A stretch of DNA of 35,299 nt from positions 1 to 35,299 of IMG/VR virus record IMGVR_UViG_3300048575_000506. One strand, given 5' to 3'. This DNA comes from a virus. Its lineage: Duplodnaviria; Caudoviricetes. The notes beneath the pieces were generated by a model. It ran no database searches, had not been told where the DNA came from, and saw only the letters and a list, made by a program, of their open reading frames with translations. The position numbers and the translations under genes were made by a program. This document shows, in pieces, positions 26,878 through 35,299 of this stretch (the first letter of the stretch is position 1; every line of letters begins with the position of its first letter).

Positions 26878-27028
26878 AGTCCGATTTGATCCGATGGCCT
26901 CAGTCCGGTCCAACGCAGCATAGTCCGACGGGGGGGTTATATATAATATAACCCTCCCCCCATCGGACTACTGCGTGGAGTGCGTTCCAGTCCGACAGTC
27001 CGAAAAGTCTGATCGGACTTTTCGGACT
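26878..27028. promoter_or_regulatory. Putative replication origin (AGTCCG iterons around an AT-rich palindromic core)
   Basis: About 8 AGTCCG/CGGACT copies; long inverted repeat 26913-26976 enclosing TTATATATATAATAA; directly downstream of the primase-helicase. Confidence 0.7.
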
Positions 27029-27109
27029 GGTTGATAGAGGCTGAATTCAGAGTCGAATTCAACCCCTCCACACCGTAATCCCGGCGCGTGGAAGTGATGC
27101 TTGAGAGGA

Positions 27110-29203
27110 TCATGATTGGCCCTTGATGGGCGAATAGAAACCCGCCGCTTCGATGATCAGCCCTTTGTCCTTGGCATCCCGGATCAGCCGGGCGGCCGTC
27201 GAGCGTACGCATCCTTGATCATCCATCAAGTGCGCGCATAATTCACCAAAACGCAGATTTCTGCCCGCGATTGTCAGCGCGGCAACCACCTGATCGGGCT
27301 TATGCCGCAGGGGTCGGCGAGCGCCGCCGGACTCTCGCACGGCCTGCTTGAAGTCCTCCGGCTCCCACGTGGGATCAAGCTTGTAGCGCAGGCAATCGCC
27401 ATCAAGATAGACCGCGAAGGGATCGAACTTGGGACCGTTGTTGTTCTTGCCGCAGGCAATCAGGATGCGTTTGGATTCCTCATCGGCCTGCGCAATGTTG
27501 AGCTGCGCCCGCGCGATGCTCATCAGCGCCTTGGAGCCGCGCGCAAAGGCCTGAGCATCCCAGCCCAGGGCCTCTGAAGCCGCATTGCGCCCACTCTTGG
27601 CGTGATGAATCAGGATGGTGGCGACTTTGGGCAGCCCCGCCTGAAGCGTCACTTCCCGCAGCCGTTCCATGGTTTCACGGGTCTGCACCGCATCATTTTC
27701 ATTCTCACCCGCGAAGATATCGCCGTAAGGATCGATGATCAGCAGGTCGGGCTTGAACGCCGCCAGTGTGTTGACCATGCGCAAACGCACAGCCTCGTCA
27801 TTGAGGTGCATCGTCAGGTCATGCAATTGCATCGGGACGAGAAAGTGCAAACGCTGATTCACCGACCGGCGTTGTTCGGCACTACAGCCCGCCAGTTGCG
27901 CGCCGATATCGATTTTCAATCGACGCGCTTTGTTCTCAGTCTGCAAGATGCAGATATTCAGGTCATGGCGATGGATCGGGATTGATTCAAGCCACTGAGG
28001 CCGACCCAGCAGGATATCAAAGGCAAGCTGCGTCATGATCCGACTCTTGCCGATATCGGGCTGGCCAACGACGAGCGTGCAATTGCCCAGCTCGACAAGT
28101 CCATCGCCCAGCAGCACATCGCGCGGATCATCCTGATATTCAAACAGGGTCTCCGCGTTCCACATGGTGAACATCGTCACCGGCTTGGCCAGTGTCGGCG
28201 CATCATTCAGCAATTGCTGGAGCCCGGCCACGCCGTGGAGCTTCAGATGGTCATTCAGGTCATAACCGGCGGGAGCCTGCTGCGGCCACTGGACAATCGC
28301 GATTTGTTCCAGCGGCAGCCGCGTGGCCTGCACGGCTTGCGCGGTTTGCTCGTTGCACTTGCGCCCGGCTTCATCATGGTCATTGGCGCAAATGAAGCGT
28401 CCGCCCTGCAATTGCGCGTTGGCCACGATGCCGTCGAGAATGTCCTGCAAGGGCACATGCTCGCCCGTCAGCAGCGCCAGCACATTGAACCCGGCCTCGT
28501 GCGCGGCCATGAACTTTTCCTCGCCGCATACGAAAACAAGGTCATGCGAATCCGCCACCGGCCACCAGACATAGCCGCCCGTGCCGTGCAGATATTCCAC
28601 CCGCCGCTTGCCGTGCTGATTGCGCGCCAGCGACTTGTATTTGAAGACCGACGTGGTTTCAGGCCAATGGCGGCCTTCATAAACGATGCCGGGGCCGTAA
28701 GCGGGATGCTCGAAGTATTTGCACAGCGGCACTTCTTGGGTGAGACCGTAATCGCGTTCCAGCACTTCGCGCGAAGCGGGATGCTGCCACGCCAACAGCA
28801 ACGCATCAAATGTCGCCTTGGCGGCCAGGGGATCATCACCCCACAATTTGCGTGGCTTGGGTGGGGGCGTAGACGCGGGCTTGGCGGAGGGGAGGAAAAC
28901 GGTCTGCGCCGCACTGTGTGCGTTCAGGCCGCCGTCCTGCGTCGCCATCCATGACAGCGTGCCCGCGCCGACCACCCGGCCTTTGCTCGCCACAAAGCCG
29001 CGCCACAGCCGTTCACACTCGCCTGGCTTGTATTTGTGGCTTTGGCGACTGAAGGCATCCCATAGCTCGAAACCCGCCGGCCCCGCGTCCACGGTATGAA
29101 TCGCCTGTCCCACGCGCACCCATGCATCCCGGTCATCCGCGCGCCAAGCGGCCAGGTTGTTCACCCAGCCGCTGACTTTTTCAAACGGTAGCGCGCAGCC
29201 CAT
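27110..29203 (-). CDS. Primase-helicase: PriCT-2 + Toprim + AAA_25 (RepA-like) helicase + wHTH
   Basis: WVRVGQAIH...WDAFS (PriCT-2); NDHDEAG and GYDLND (Toprim); GQPDIGKS, LLIIDP, LIHHAK, ARGS (RecA-fold helicase). Confidence 0.85.
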   Translation of the reverse strand: MGCALPFEKVSGWVNNLAAWRADDRDAWVRVGQAIHTVDAGPAGFELWDAFSRQSHKYKPGECERLWRGFVASKGRVVGAGTLSWMATQDGGLNAHSAAQTVFLPSAKPASTPPPKPRKLWGDDPLAAKATFDALLLAWQHPASREVLERDYGLTQEVPLCKYFEHPAYGPGIVYEGRHWPETTSVFKYKSLARNQHGKRRVEYLHGTGGYVWWPVADSHDLVFVCGEEKFMAAHEAGFNVLALLTGEHVPLQDILDGIVANAQLQGGRFICANDHDEAGRKCNEQTAQAVQATRLPLEQIAIVQWPQQAPAGYDLNDHLKLHGVAGLQQLLNDAPTLAKPVTMFTMWNAETLFEYQDDPRDVLLGDGLVELGNCTLVVGQPDIGKSRIMTQLAFDILLGRPQWLESIPIHRHDLNICILQTENKARRLKIDIGAQLAGCSAEQRRSVNQRLHFLVPMQLHDLTMHLNDEAVRLRMVNTLAAFKPDLLIIDPYGDIFAGENENDAVQTRETMERLREVTLQAGLPKVATILIHHAKSGRNAASEALGWDAQAFARGSKALMSIARAQLNIAQADEESKRILIACGKNNNGPKFDPFAVYLDGDCLRYKLDPTWEPEDFKQAVRESGGARRPLRHKPDQVVAALTIAGRNLRFGELCAHLMDDQGCVRSTAARLIRDAKDKGLIIEAAGFYSPIKGQS

Positions 29204-29206
29204 GCG

Positions 29207-29689
29207 TTATGGTCCTTCCACCGGTACGCTGCTGGGCAGTCCCCCGGCTTCCAGGCGGCCATAATGCGCCAAGAGCAGGGCTTCGGCGCGGCCATCGTCG
29301 CGTTTGCGTGACAGGCGCGGCGAGAGCGTCGGGAAAAGCTGCATCGCCCGCGCCCGGCTGGCGTCCTTGTCCTGCTTGAGCAAGCCCAGTTTGCGTTTCC
29401 AGACATGCGGCGGCACGAGGCGGTAAGGGATGCGCAGCGCGGCGAGCACCCCTTCAATCGTGCCCGCGCCTTTGCCGAAGGTGAACAGCCCCGCGCGCCC
29501 ATCGCCCGGCCGCGAGCCGACCTGTTCCACATAGGCCATGGCCAGCGTGTGCCAATGCGCGCCCGGCAGCCCGAAGCAATCGGCCAGACCTTGCGGCGTG
29601 GCGGGCAGATCCAACACCAGCGGCGTGGGACCATACAGGACGGCAATGGCCCCGGTTTTGCCGGGGTCAATGCCGATGGTGATATTCAT
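29207..29689 (-). CDS. RuvC-like Holliday junction resolvase
   Basis: IGIDPGKTGA, YVEQV, PHVWK and DGRAEALLLA motifs; start MNITI at 29689. Confidence 0.88.
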   Translation of the reverse strand: MNITIGIDPGKTGAIAVLYGPTPLVLDLPATPQGLADCFGLPGAHWHTLAMAYVEQVGSRPGDGRAGLFTFGKGAGTIEGVLAALRIPYRLVPPHVWKRKLGLLKQDKDASRARAMQLFPTLSPRLSRKRDDGRAEALLLAHYGRLEAGGLPSSVPVEGP

Positions 29690-29718
29690 GCTGAATCCTT
29701 GCCTTTGTTGGATGACTT

Positions 29719-30216
29719 TTAAAAGGGGAGATTTTGCTGATGGCCGCCGCCGCGTTGCGGCGTTGTGAGCGGCGCGAGTGCGCCCCTGCTGGCCCGCGCG
29801 CGCCGTCCGAAGCTCTCCAGCAGGGCGCGGAATTTTTCCGGCGACAGCGGTTTGCTCCCGCCGCCGCCCCCTACCGGGTTGATCCATTTGACTTCCAGAT
29901 AATCCTTGCCCTCAAAGGAGCGCCGCTCGGTTTCAATCTGGCACAGCTTTTCGCCCAGCGGCGCGCTGCCGTCAAACAGCGCGCCGAGATCACCATCGAA
30001 CTCGAAGCATTCATGCAGCGTTTCCAGCGTGCGGTCGAACGCTTCGGGGGTCAGGTAGAGCAGGCCGCTGATTTGCTGGCCCTGTTCAAGTCCTTCCATG
30101 ACTTCGAGCGGCAATTCCACGCGCGGCGTGCCCTTTTTCGCCGACTCGGTTAAATACGTCGGCGCGGGGAGCACGCGGCAGAGGAATTTGCCCACCTTCT
30201 GTAAACGTTCCGGCAT
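29719..30216 (-). CDS. Probable ssDNA-binding protein (DUF669-like)
   Basis: AAAGGA SD; SAKKGTP motif; C-terminal LPF; near the Sak4-like gene. Confidence 0.6.
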   Translation of the reverse strand: MPERLQKVGKFLCRVLPAPTYLTESAKKGTPRVELPLEVMEGLEQGQQISGLLYLTPEAFDRTLETLHECFEFDGDLGALFDGSAPLGEKLCQIETERRSFEGKDYLEVKWINPVGGGGGSKPLSPEKFRALLESFGRRARASRGALAPLTTPQRGGGHQQNLPF

Positions 30217-30230
30217 TGGGTCCAATCCTT

Positions 30231-30545
30231 TCAGTCCAGGGGAATGCCCCGATAAACGGGGTGGTTGAGATAGATATCGAAGTAAAAGAAATCCGCCGCC
30301 GCGCACAGCGGCGTGGAATAAAAGCGGGTCCAGGTCTCGCCGTGGCAGAACACCCAATACCCGTGGGTGTTGCGCCGCACCCGGCCCAGTTCCAGCATTT
30401 CCACGAATTCGCCGTCACTGGAAACCATCAGCAGGCAATCGGCGCACTGTTCATTCAGCGGTTCCGCCATGAGCGTCAGTTGCAGCCGCTCAGGGGCGCC
30501 GTCATGATCAGATTCTCGTGCAAGCAGTGCGGCTGGTTCAGGCAT
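30231..30545 (-). CDS. Hypothetical protein
   Basis: 104 aa, overlaps the upstream stop. Confidence 0.55.
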   Translation of the reverse strand: MPEPAALLARESDHDGAPERLQLTLMAEPLNEQCADCLLMVSSDGEFVEMLELGRVRRNTHGYWVFCHGETWTRFYSTPLCAAADFFYFDIYLNHPVYRGIPLD

Positions 30546-31536
30546 GGGCCAAGCCCTCGCTGGTCAGGGGCGATTCGGTCGGCAGGAGCGGTAACAGCCG
30601 CGTCAACAGCCGCTCGATTTTCTCGGCCGGCACCTCAGCCAGCGCATCGGCCGCCAGCGACTTGCAGCCCAGGAACGCCAGCGCGCGCTGCTGCGCCTGC
30701 GCGTCGGGCCACGCCGCCCGCGTCCAGGCTTCCAGCAGGCCTTGAATCTTTTCGGGCTCCGCCAATCGTTTGGGTTGCGACCCCTGCCGCGCGTGGAAAT
30801 CAAACTCGCAGAAGAGCAGCGGCAGCGTGCGCGGCAGGCTGTAATGATTTTTGGCATCCCACGCCGCGCAGCCTTCGGTTTCCACGATCCGCTCCGCGCC
30901 GCCGCAGACCTTGCCCTTGCCGGCCTGCTTGCGCTCCTTTTTCACATACACCTCGCGATGCACGAACAGGAGCGCCTGCGGCCATTCGCGCAGCACACCG
31001 GCCACCGGCCGCAAGAGCTTCATTTCGTACTTGTCGTAATCGTCCCCCAGCGGGTTGCGATAGGTTTTGATATGGCAATGCGCCAGCACGATCACATGCA
31101 GCCCGCCCCGCGCCAGCGCGTCCAGTTGCGCCAGCACCAGCCGCATTTGTTCCTCGACCAGATTCGGCCCCTTGCCGTAACCGTAATCCTCAATCGACTC
31201 CTTTCTGTCGCGCTGACACAGCCAGCGCTTGATCAGCGTTTCCAGCCAATCCGCCGTGTCGATCACGACGGTTTGATAGGCATGCTTTTCCGTGCGCAAC
31301 ATGCGCAGAATTTCAATCACCGCCGGGTAGTCCTGCACCACCACGCGCGGCACTTCGGCCATCGAAGGGGGGATGCCGTCTTCGGCGGCGATGAACAGCG
31401 GCGCCGGCGCGCCCGCCGCCCAGGTCGTTTTCCCAATCCCTTCGATGCCGTAGAGCACCAGTCGGTAAGGCGCGTCGGCGTCGCCGAGGCGCACCAAATC
31501 TGCCAAACGGCGCGGTTGCGCCGCAGTCGTTGTCAT
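30538..31536 (-). CDS. Sak4-like AAA_24 ATPase (single-strand annealing recombinase)
   Basis: YGIEGIGKTT, VVIDTADWLE, GYGKG, LAH and AKN motifs; GGAGG SD. Confidence 0.88.
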   Translation of the reverse strand: MTTTAAQPRRLADLVRLGDADAPYRLVLYGIEGIGKTTWAAGAPAPLFIAAEDGIPPSMAEVPRVVVQDYPAVIEILRMLRTEKHAYQTVVIDTADWLETLIKRWLCQRDRKESIEDYGYGKGPNLVEEQMRLVLAQLDALARGGLHVIVLAHCHIKTYRNPLGDDYDKYEMKLLRPVAGVLREWPQALLFVHREVYVKKERKQAGKGKVCGGAERIVETEGCAAWDAKNHYSLPRTLPLLFCEFDFHARQGSQPKRLAEPEKIQGLLEAWTRAAWPDAQAQQRALAFLGCKSLAADALAEVPAEKIERLLTRLLPLLPTESPLTSEGLAHA

Positions 31537-31574
31537 GCGTCAGTCCTCCAGAAAGAAATAAAATACAGAAAAAA

Positions 31575-32633
31575 CTATGCCTGCCCGCTGGCGAGAGCCT
31601 TGAACCACTGTTCGAGCGTGCCGTGCATCAGCGTGCCGAACGCCAGCGCTTCATCGGTCTGGCCCAGCCGCGCCAGCTTCATTTCATACTGATATTGATG
31701 CAGGCGCGGGCAGCGGCGCAGCGCCGTCATGCGTGAGTTGGTGAGTAGCTCGCGCGAATCCGCCTGCAACTGCGCGGACAATTCCGCGTGCACCGGCCCC
31801 GGCCGCTCGCCGAAACGCACGTCATCAATTGAAGCACGTCCCGTGCACAGCTCAAAGAAGCGGCAACCGCCGTAATGCTGGCAGGCATCGGGATTACGCG
31901 GCCAGATATGCTCGCGGCGAAAATATTCAAGCTGGCGCAGGTTGGCCCAGGCATCGCGCAGGTATTCAACAAGCTGTGCGTCAGTGCGCGCAAGCTCGCG
32001 CTGGGCAAAATACGAGGCCGGGCGCGCTGCCATGTCGGCCTGAATGCGCTGGCCATATTCCTGCGGCGTTTCAATGCGCCCTTTGAGCGTCTCGCCGCCG
32101 CGTGCCGATTGTTTGGGTTCGCCGTCCACGCGCAAGACCCGCTCCCCCCGCGCATTGAGCACGATCTTGCGTCCCGCCGCGTCCAGTTCGGGCACCAGAC
32201 TGGGTTTGAGCGCGGGCTTGCGCAGCACGTCATACACGACGCTTTCCGCGTGCTGGTCGGCAATCAATTGCGCGAGGAAATATTTCGACACCTGCGTATC
32301 GAGCGTCAGCCGTGCCCAGTAATGGGAATCCGGTTCCAGCCCGTCCTGCGTGGTCTTGTGTTCCACCACCTTGCGCAGGCCCGCTTCCTGAATCACCACG
32401 TCGATCTTGCCCGCATCGCAAAACGTGTCGCTCACCGTGTCGGGCGCTTCCGGATTGATCAGCGGAAACTTGAATTCGGCCTCGACCGCCAGAATCTTTG
32501 CCGCGCGAAACCGCGCCGCATATTGACGGTGGTAACCGATCATCAGCGCCGCCGCCTTGGCGCGCAGGTATTCATCCGTCACTTTGGCGTCACGCACAAA
32601 CTCCAGCGCTTGGTTGAGAGGTGAATCGATCAT
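31575..32633 (-). CDS. Cas4/RecB-like PD-(D/E)XK exonuclease, circularly permuted
   Basis: VEAEF, GKID, VEHKT, QVSKY, CQHYGGCRFFELC, then LTNSRMTALRRCPR...FGTLMH at the C-terminus; start 32633. Confidence 0.85.
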   Translation of the reverse strand: MIDSPLNQALEFVRDAKVTDEYLRAKAAALMIGYHRQYAARFRAAKILAVEAEFKFPLINPEAPDTVSDTFCDAGKIDVVIQEAGLRKVVEHKTTQDGLEPDSHYWARLTLDTQVSKYFLAQLIADQHAESVVYDVLRKPALKPSLVPELDAAGRKIVLNARGERVLRVDGEPKQSARGGETLKGRIETPQEYGQRIQADMAARPASYFAQRELARTDAQLVEYLRDAWANLRQLEYFRREHIWPRNPDACQHYGGCRFFELCTGRASIDDVRFGERPGPVHAELSAQLQADSRELLTNSRMTALRRCPRLHQYQYEMKLARLGQTDEALAFGTLMHGTLEQWFKALASGQA

Positions 32634-32818
32634 TGTTCCCCCCTCAGCCAGCGCCAGAGCCCATGCAGCCACGAGGGGCGCCCGCCTTCGGGCCGCAGCC
32701 AAAGCGGAATGTAAAAGGAATCGAGGTGCAGCCCCCGCTGCCTGCCCGTGGGGCGGGTCAAGCCCAATACCCCACAACCGGCCGGCAACACGCCGACCAC
32801 CTGATGACGTAAATTCAT
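32630..32818 (-). CDS. Small hypothetical protein
   Basis: AGGA SD; ATGA overlap with the nuclease start. Confidence 0.45.
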   Translation of the reverse strand: MNLRHQVVGVLPAGCGVLGLTRPTGRQRGLHLDSFYIPLWLRPEGGRPSWLHGLWRWLRGEQ

Positions 32819-32877
32819 GATGCTGTCCTGTCCAAAAATTCCCCGCCGAACCGGTCGCGGTCGCTTAGCTCACTCGC

Positions 32878-33189
32878 TCATCCCATTTCTTTCGTGCCAT
32901 TCATCAACGCTTTGATATTCTCCATGCGCACCAGACGCGGCGCCGATGCGCGGCGCGCCGCGCGCGGTTTGCGGGCCGCCCCCTTGAGCGCCGCCGTGCT
33001 CGGCAGGCGCGGGTCCAGTGCTCCCAGCCGATCAATCGCCTGAATCAGGTCGGCACCCCAATACAGGCGTGAAAATCTTTTCAGCGGCTTGATTTTGCTG
33101 ATGAACTTGTCAACTGACATGCCGTAACGGGCCAGTTTTGCGCGCAATTCCTGCCGCGTGTAAAGTGCATTGGGTCTGATCACAATCAT
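32878..33189 (-). CDS. Excisionase-like winged-helix DNA-binding protein
   Basis: LYTRQEL...RLYWGADL pattern; coupled to the cro-like gene. Confidence 0.55.
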   Translation of the reverse strand: MIVIRPNALYTRQELRAKLARYGMSVDKFISKIKPLKRFSRLYWGADLIQAIDRLGALDPRLPSTAALKGAARKPRAARRASAPRLVRMENIKALMNGTKEMG

Positions 33190-33431
33190 CGCGCCGCTTC
33201 ATCCTTCGCTTCACCGCTTTCTTCCGCCGGATCAATCAGCGCTTGCACTTCGCATTGCAGGGCTTTGGCGACCATGTGCACGGTCGTGATATTGACCTGT
33301 TTTTGCTCACGAATTCGCTTCATCAGGCGGTAAGCGTAATGACGGCTCACGCCCAGGCGCCGGGCCAGCGCCGCTTGCGAAAGCCCGGCCGCAAACATCA
33401 GGGATTCTAATTTTGAAAGCTCGATTTTCAT
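33186..33431 (-). CDS. Cro-like XRE HTH regulator
   Basis: GLSQAALARRLGVSRHYAYRL...TVHMVAKALQCEVQALI; start MKIEL at 33431. Confidence 0.8.
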   Translation of the reverse strand: MKIELSKLESLMFAAGLSQAALARRLGVSRHYAYRLMKRIREQKQVNITTVHMVAKALQCEVQALIDPAEESGEAKDEAAR

Positions 33432-33544
33432 GTGTTGCTCGTGGTGTTCATGATTCAAGGCGCCACACCTTAGTCCTCTCATTTTGCTGCTCGCAACAAA
33501 AAAGCGACACTCAATTACTACCAAAATCGTTTTTTGTTGACATG

Positions 33545-33586
33545 TGTAGACCACTTGTAGACCATGTGTAGACCACATGTAGACCA
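33545..33586. repeat. Four tandem TGTAGACCA repeats with 11-bp period; putative operator array
   Basis: Copies start at 33545, 33556, 33567 and 33578, between divergent HTH genes; TTGACA at 33537-33542. Confidence 0.85.
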
Positions 33587-33617
33587 CGACCCCCTTCACC
33601 TGACAAGGAACTCGATT

Positions 33618-34016
33618 ATGACGCTGCCCCCACCGGTGGACATCACCTACTTTGCCGCCATCCTGCGCCAGATCATGGACACTCACGCGCTCACGGTCGC
33701 CAAGTTGGCCATCAAGCTCAAGGTCTCGCGGCAGATCGTCTATTACTGGCTCGCCCCCAAAACCATCGCCCATCTGCCCGGCGCCAAGAAATTTCCCCTG
33801 CTCTCCAAGCTGTCGGGCATTTCGGTCGAAGAACTCAAACAGCGCAACGCCTTTTTGCGCTTAAGCCTGCACGGCATCATTTTTACGGAAGATGTTTTGA
33901 CCAAGCTGGTGCTGACCCCCGATGAAGGCGCCGTCCTGCAATTCATGCGCCAGGGCGATTACGTCAGCGCCATGATGTTGTTATGCAAATTACTCCGAGG
34001 AAGGAACCCCGTATGA
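33618..34016 (+). CDS. CI-like XRE HTH repressor
   Basis: AAGGA SD; LTVAKLAIKLKVSRQIVYYW HTH; no S24 peptidase domain. Confidence 0.75.
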   Translation: MTLPPPVDITYFAAILRQIMDTHALTVAKLAIKLKVSRQIVYYWLAPKTIAHLPGAKKFPLLSKLSGISVEELKQRNAFLRLSLHGIIFTEDVLTKLVLTPDEGAVLQFMRQGDYVSAMMLLCKLLRGRNPV

Positions 34017-35299
34017 AATGGATCAAGTTGGAGGTCGAGAAGCACGTCACCATTTACCGGTGCGAAGCGGATACGCGGCTGTTTATGTTGCGCTGGCGCG
34101 ATTTGAGCCTGCCCAACCAGAGCAAGGATGCCAAGCAGCGCGTAAAGGGCAGCCTTGTGGACGCGCGCAAGCGTGCCCGCGAGATCGCCAAGACGCTCGT
34201 GCAGGGGCGCGGGCAAGAACTGGTCGAATCGCGCAGCAAGCGCACGCCCGAGCTGGCCGAAGGCGTTGAAAGTGCCATTGCCGGCCTTGCGGCTAATGTG
34301 ATGACCAAACGCCAGTATGGCAATCTGATCAACCATTTTATCCGCTGGCTGAATGTGAATTACCCGCGCGTGCGCTTTTGGGGTCAACTGCGGCCCGCCA
34401 TGCTGCTTGAATTCCGCGCATTTCTTGAAGCGCAAAACCTTGCTTATGATACCGTTCGCTTGCGCATCGCCGCCGTGAGGCGTGCATGGCGTATCCTCTA
34501 TCAGAATCAACCGGCGGATATTCTGCCGCCCCCGCGTGTTGAATTGAAATCGGCGGCGACAAAACCTGTTCAATGCCTGATAGGCAGTGATCTTGTGGCC
34601 TACCTTGATTTCCTCAAGGCGCAATACCCAACCGAATATGCCATCGCCTGTCTGCAAGCGCTGGCGGGCTTACGGCTCTATGAGGCCGCTTATTTGCGGC
34701 GCCGCGATGTAAATCTGAAGCTGGGTTTGATCAACGTGTGTGATACGCCGGACCACACATTGAAAAACAAAGCCAGTCGCCGCATTCTGCCGGTCTGTAC
34801 CGAGGTGCTGGACGCTTTGCGGCCTATCATCGCTCAAGCAAGCGATTCCGAGTTGCTTCTTGTTTCGCCCGCAACCGGCAAAGCCTGGAACTGTCTGGCG
34901 CTTTCCGCCCACTTCCATGACATCCGCTGCAAAGCAGCCAAGGCGACCGGCCGCCCCACAATCAGGAATACGTTTCAACGCAAGTTGCGCGCGAGCTTTT
35001 CCACGCTCACTTACCAAATGGAATTGAGCGAAAAGTTACGTCAGCTCTACATTGGGCACAAACAGGAAACCATCATCAGCCAGCACTACGAAGAAACGCG
35101 CGAACAGCTCAAGCAGCAGATCGAGCGCTTAAGCGTGATCGCCAAATCCATGAATGGCTGGCGTGATTTCGTGGAGCTTCAGGAAAAAAAGAAAGTCCAG
35201 CAGGCCGAAACGAATTTTGGAAACGTTTTGGAAACTTGGCTGCTGGGTGAAACCGATAGCATTGAAAATAAAGAGTTTATGACGGGGGCGTCCGCGTGA
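34013..35299 (+). CDS. int: Tyrosine recombinase/integrase
   Basis: SAM-like domain; GLRLYEA, LKNK, RKLR, IGH and QHY catalytic pattern; ATGA-coupled to the repressor. Confidence 0.92.
   Translation: MKWIKLEVEKHVTIYRCEADTRLFMLRWRDLSLPNQSKDAKQRVKGSLVDARKRAREIAKTLVQGRGQELVESRSKRTPELAEGVESAIAGLAANVMTKRQYGNLINHFIRWLNVNYPRVRFWGQLRPAMLLEFRAFLEAQNLAYDTVRLRIAAVRRAWRILYQNQPADILPPPRVELKSAATKPVQCLIGSDLVAYLDFLKAQYPTEYAIACLQALAGLRLYEAAYLRRRDVNLKLGLINVCDTPDHTLKNKASRRILPVCTEVLDALRPIIAQASDSELLLVSPATGKAWNCLALSAHFHDIRCKAAKATGRPTIRNTFQRKLRASFSTLTYQMELSEKLRQLYIGHKQETIISQHYEETREQLKQQIERLSVIAKSMNGWRDFVELQEKKKVQQAETNFGNVLETWLLGETDSIENKEFMTGASA

Larger units (their letters stand above)
576..35299. mobile_element. 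Temperate podovirus-like prophage; boundaries and att sites not resolved
   Basis: Integrase, HTH switch, replication, terminase, portal, capsid, nozzle and ejection genes in colinear modules; no recognisable tape measure or sheath. Confidence 0.93.

Noticed and set aside
33545-33586. CRISPR array
   Set aside because: 9-bp units with 2-bp gaps, no spacers and no cas operon; the Cas4-like nuclease is a recombination gene

Overview
Near-complete temperate, podovirus-like prophage in a GC-rich host. The right end carries a tyrosine integrase, a CI/Cro-like HTH switch and an excisionase-like gene. These are followed on the minus strand by a recombination/replication module (Cas4/RecB-like nuclease, Sak4-like ATPase, SSB-like protein, RuvC-like resolvase, primase-helicase plus an ori-like repeat region). 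Next come terminase, tail-fibre and lysis genes, portal, scaffold, major capsid, adaptor/nozzle and ejection proteins, ending in a 2627-aa polyvalent protein. Three features stand out. (1) The major capsid gene is split by a structurally complete 582-nt group I intron (15228-15809) with a degenerate LAGLIDADG ORF in loop L6; splicing restores a 434-aa capsid ORF. (2) Three small ORFs, each with its own Shine-Dalgarno and all in the same +1 frame, are overprinted inside the giant polyvalent gene next to its enzymatic domains (candidate nested antitoxins or regulators). (3) The Cas4/AddB-like nuclease appears circularly permuted. No att sites, tRNA or CRISPR array were identified. All family calls come from motif recognition by eye, without database searches.
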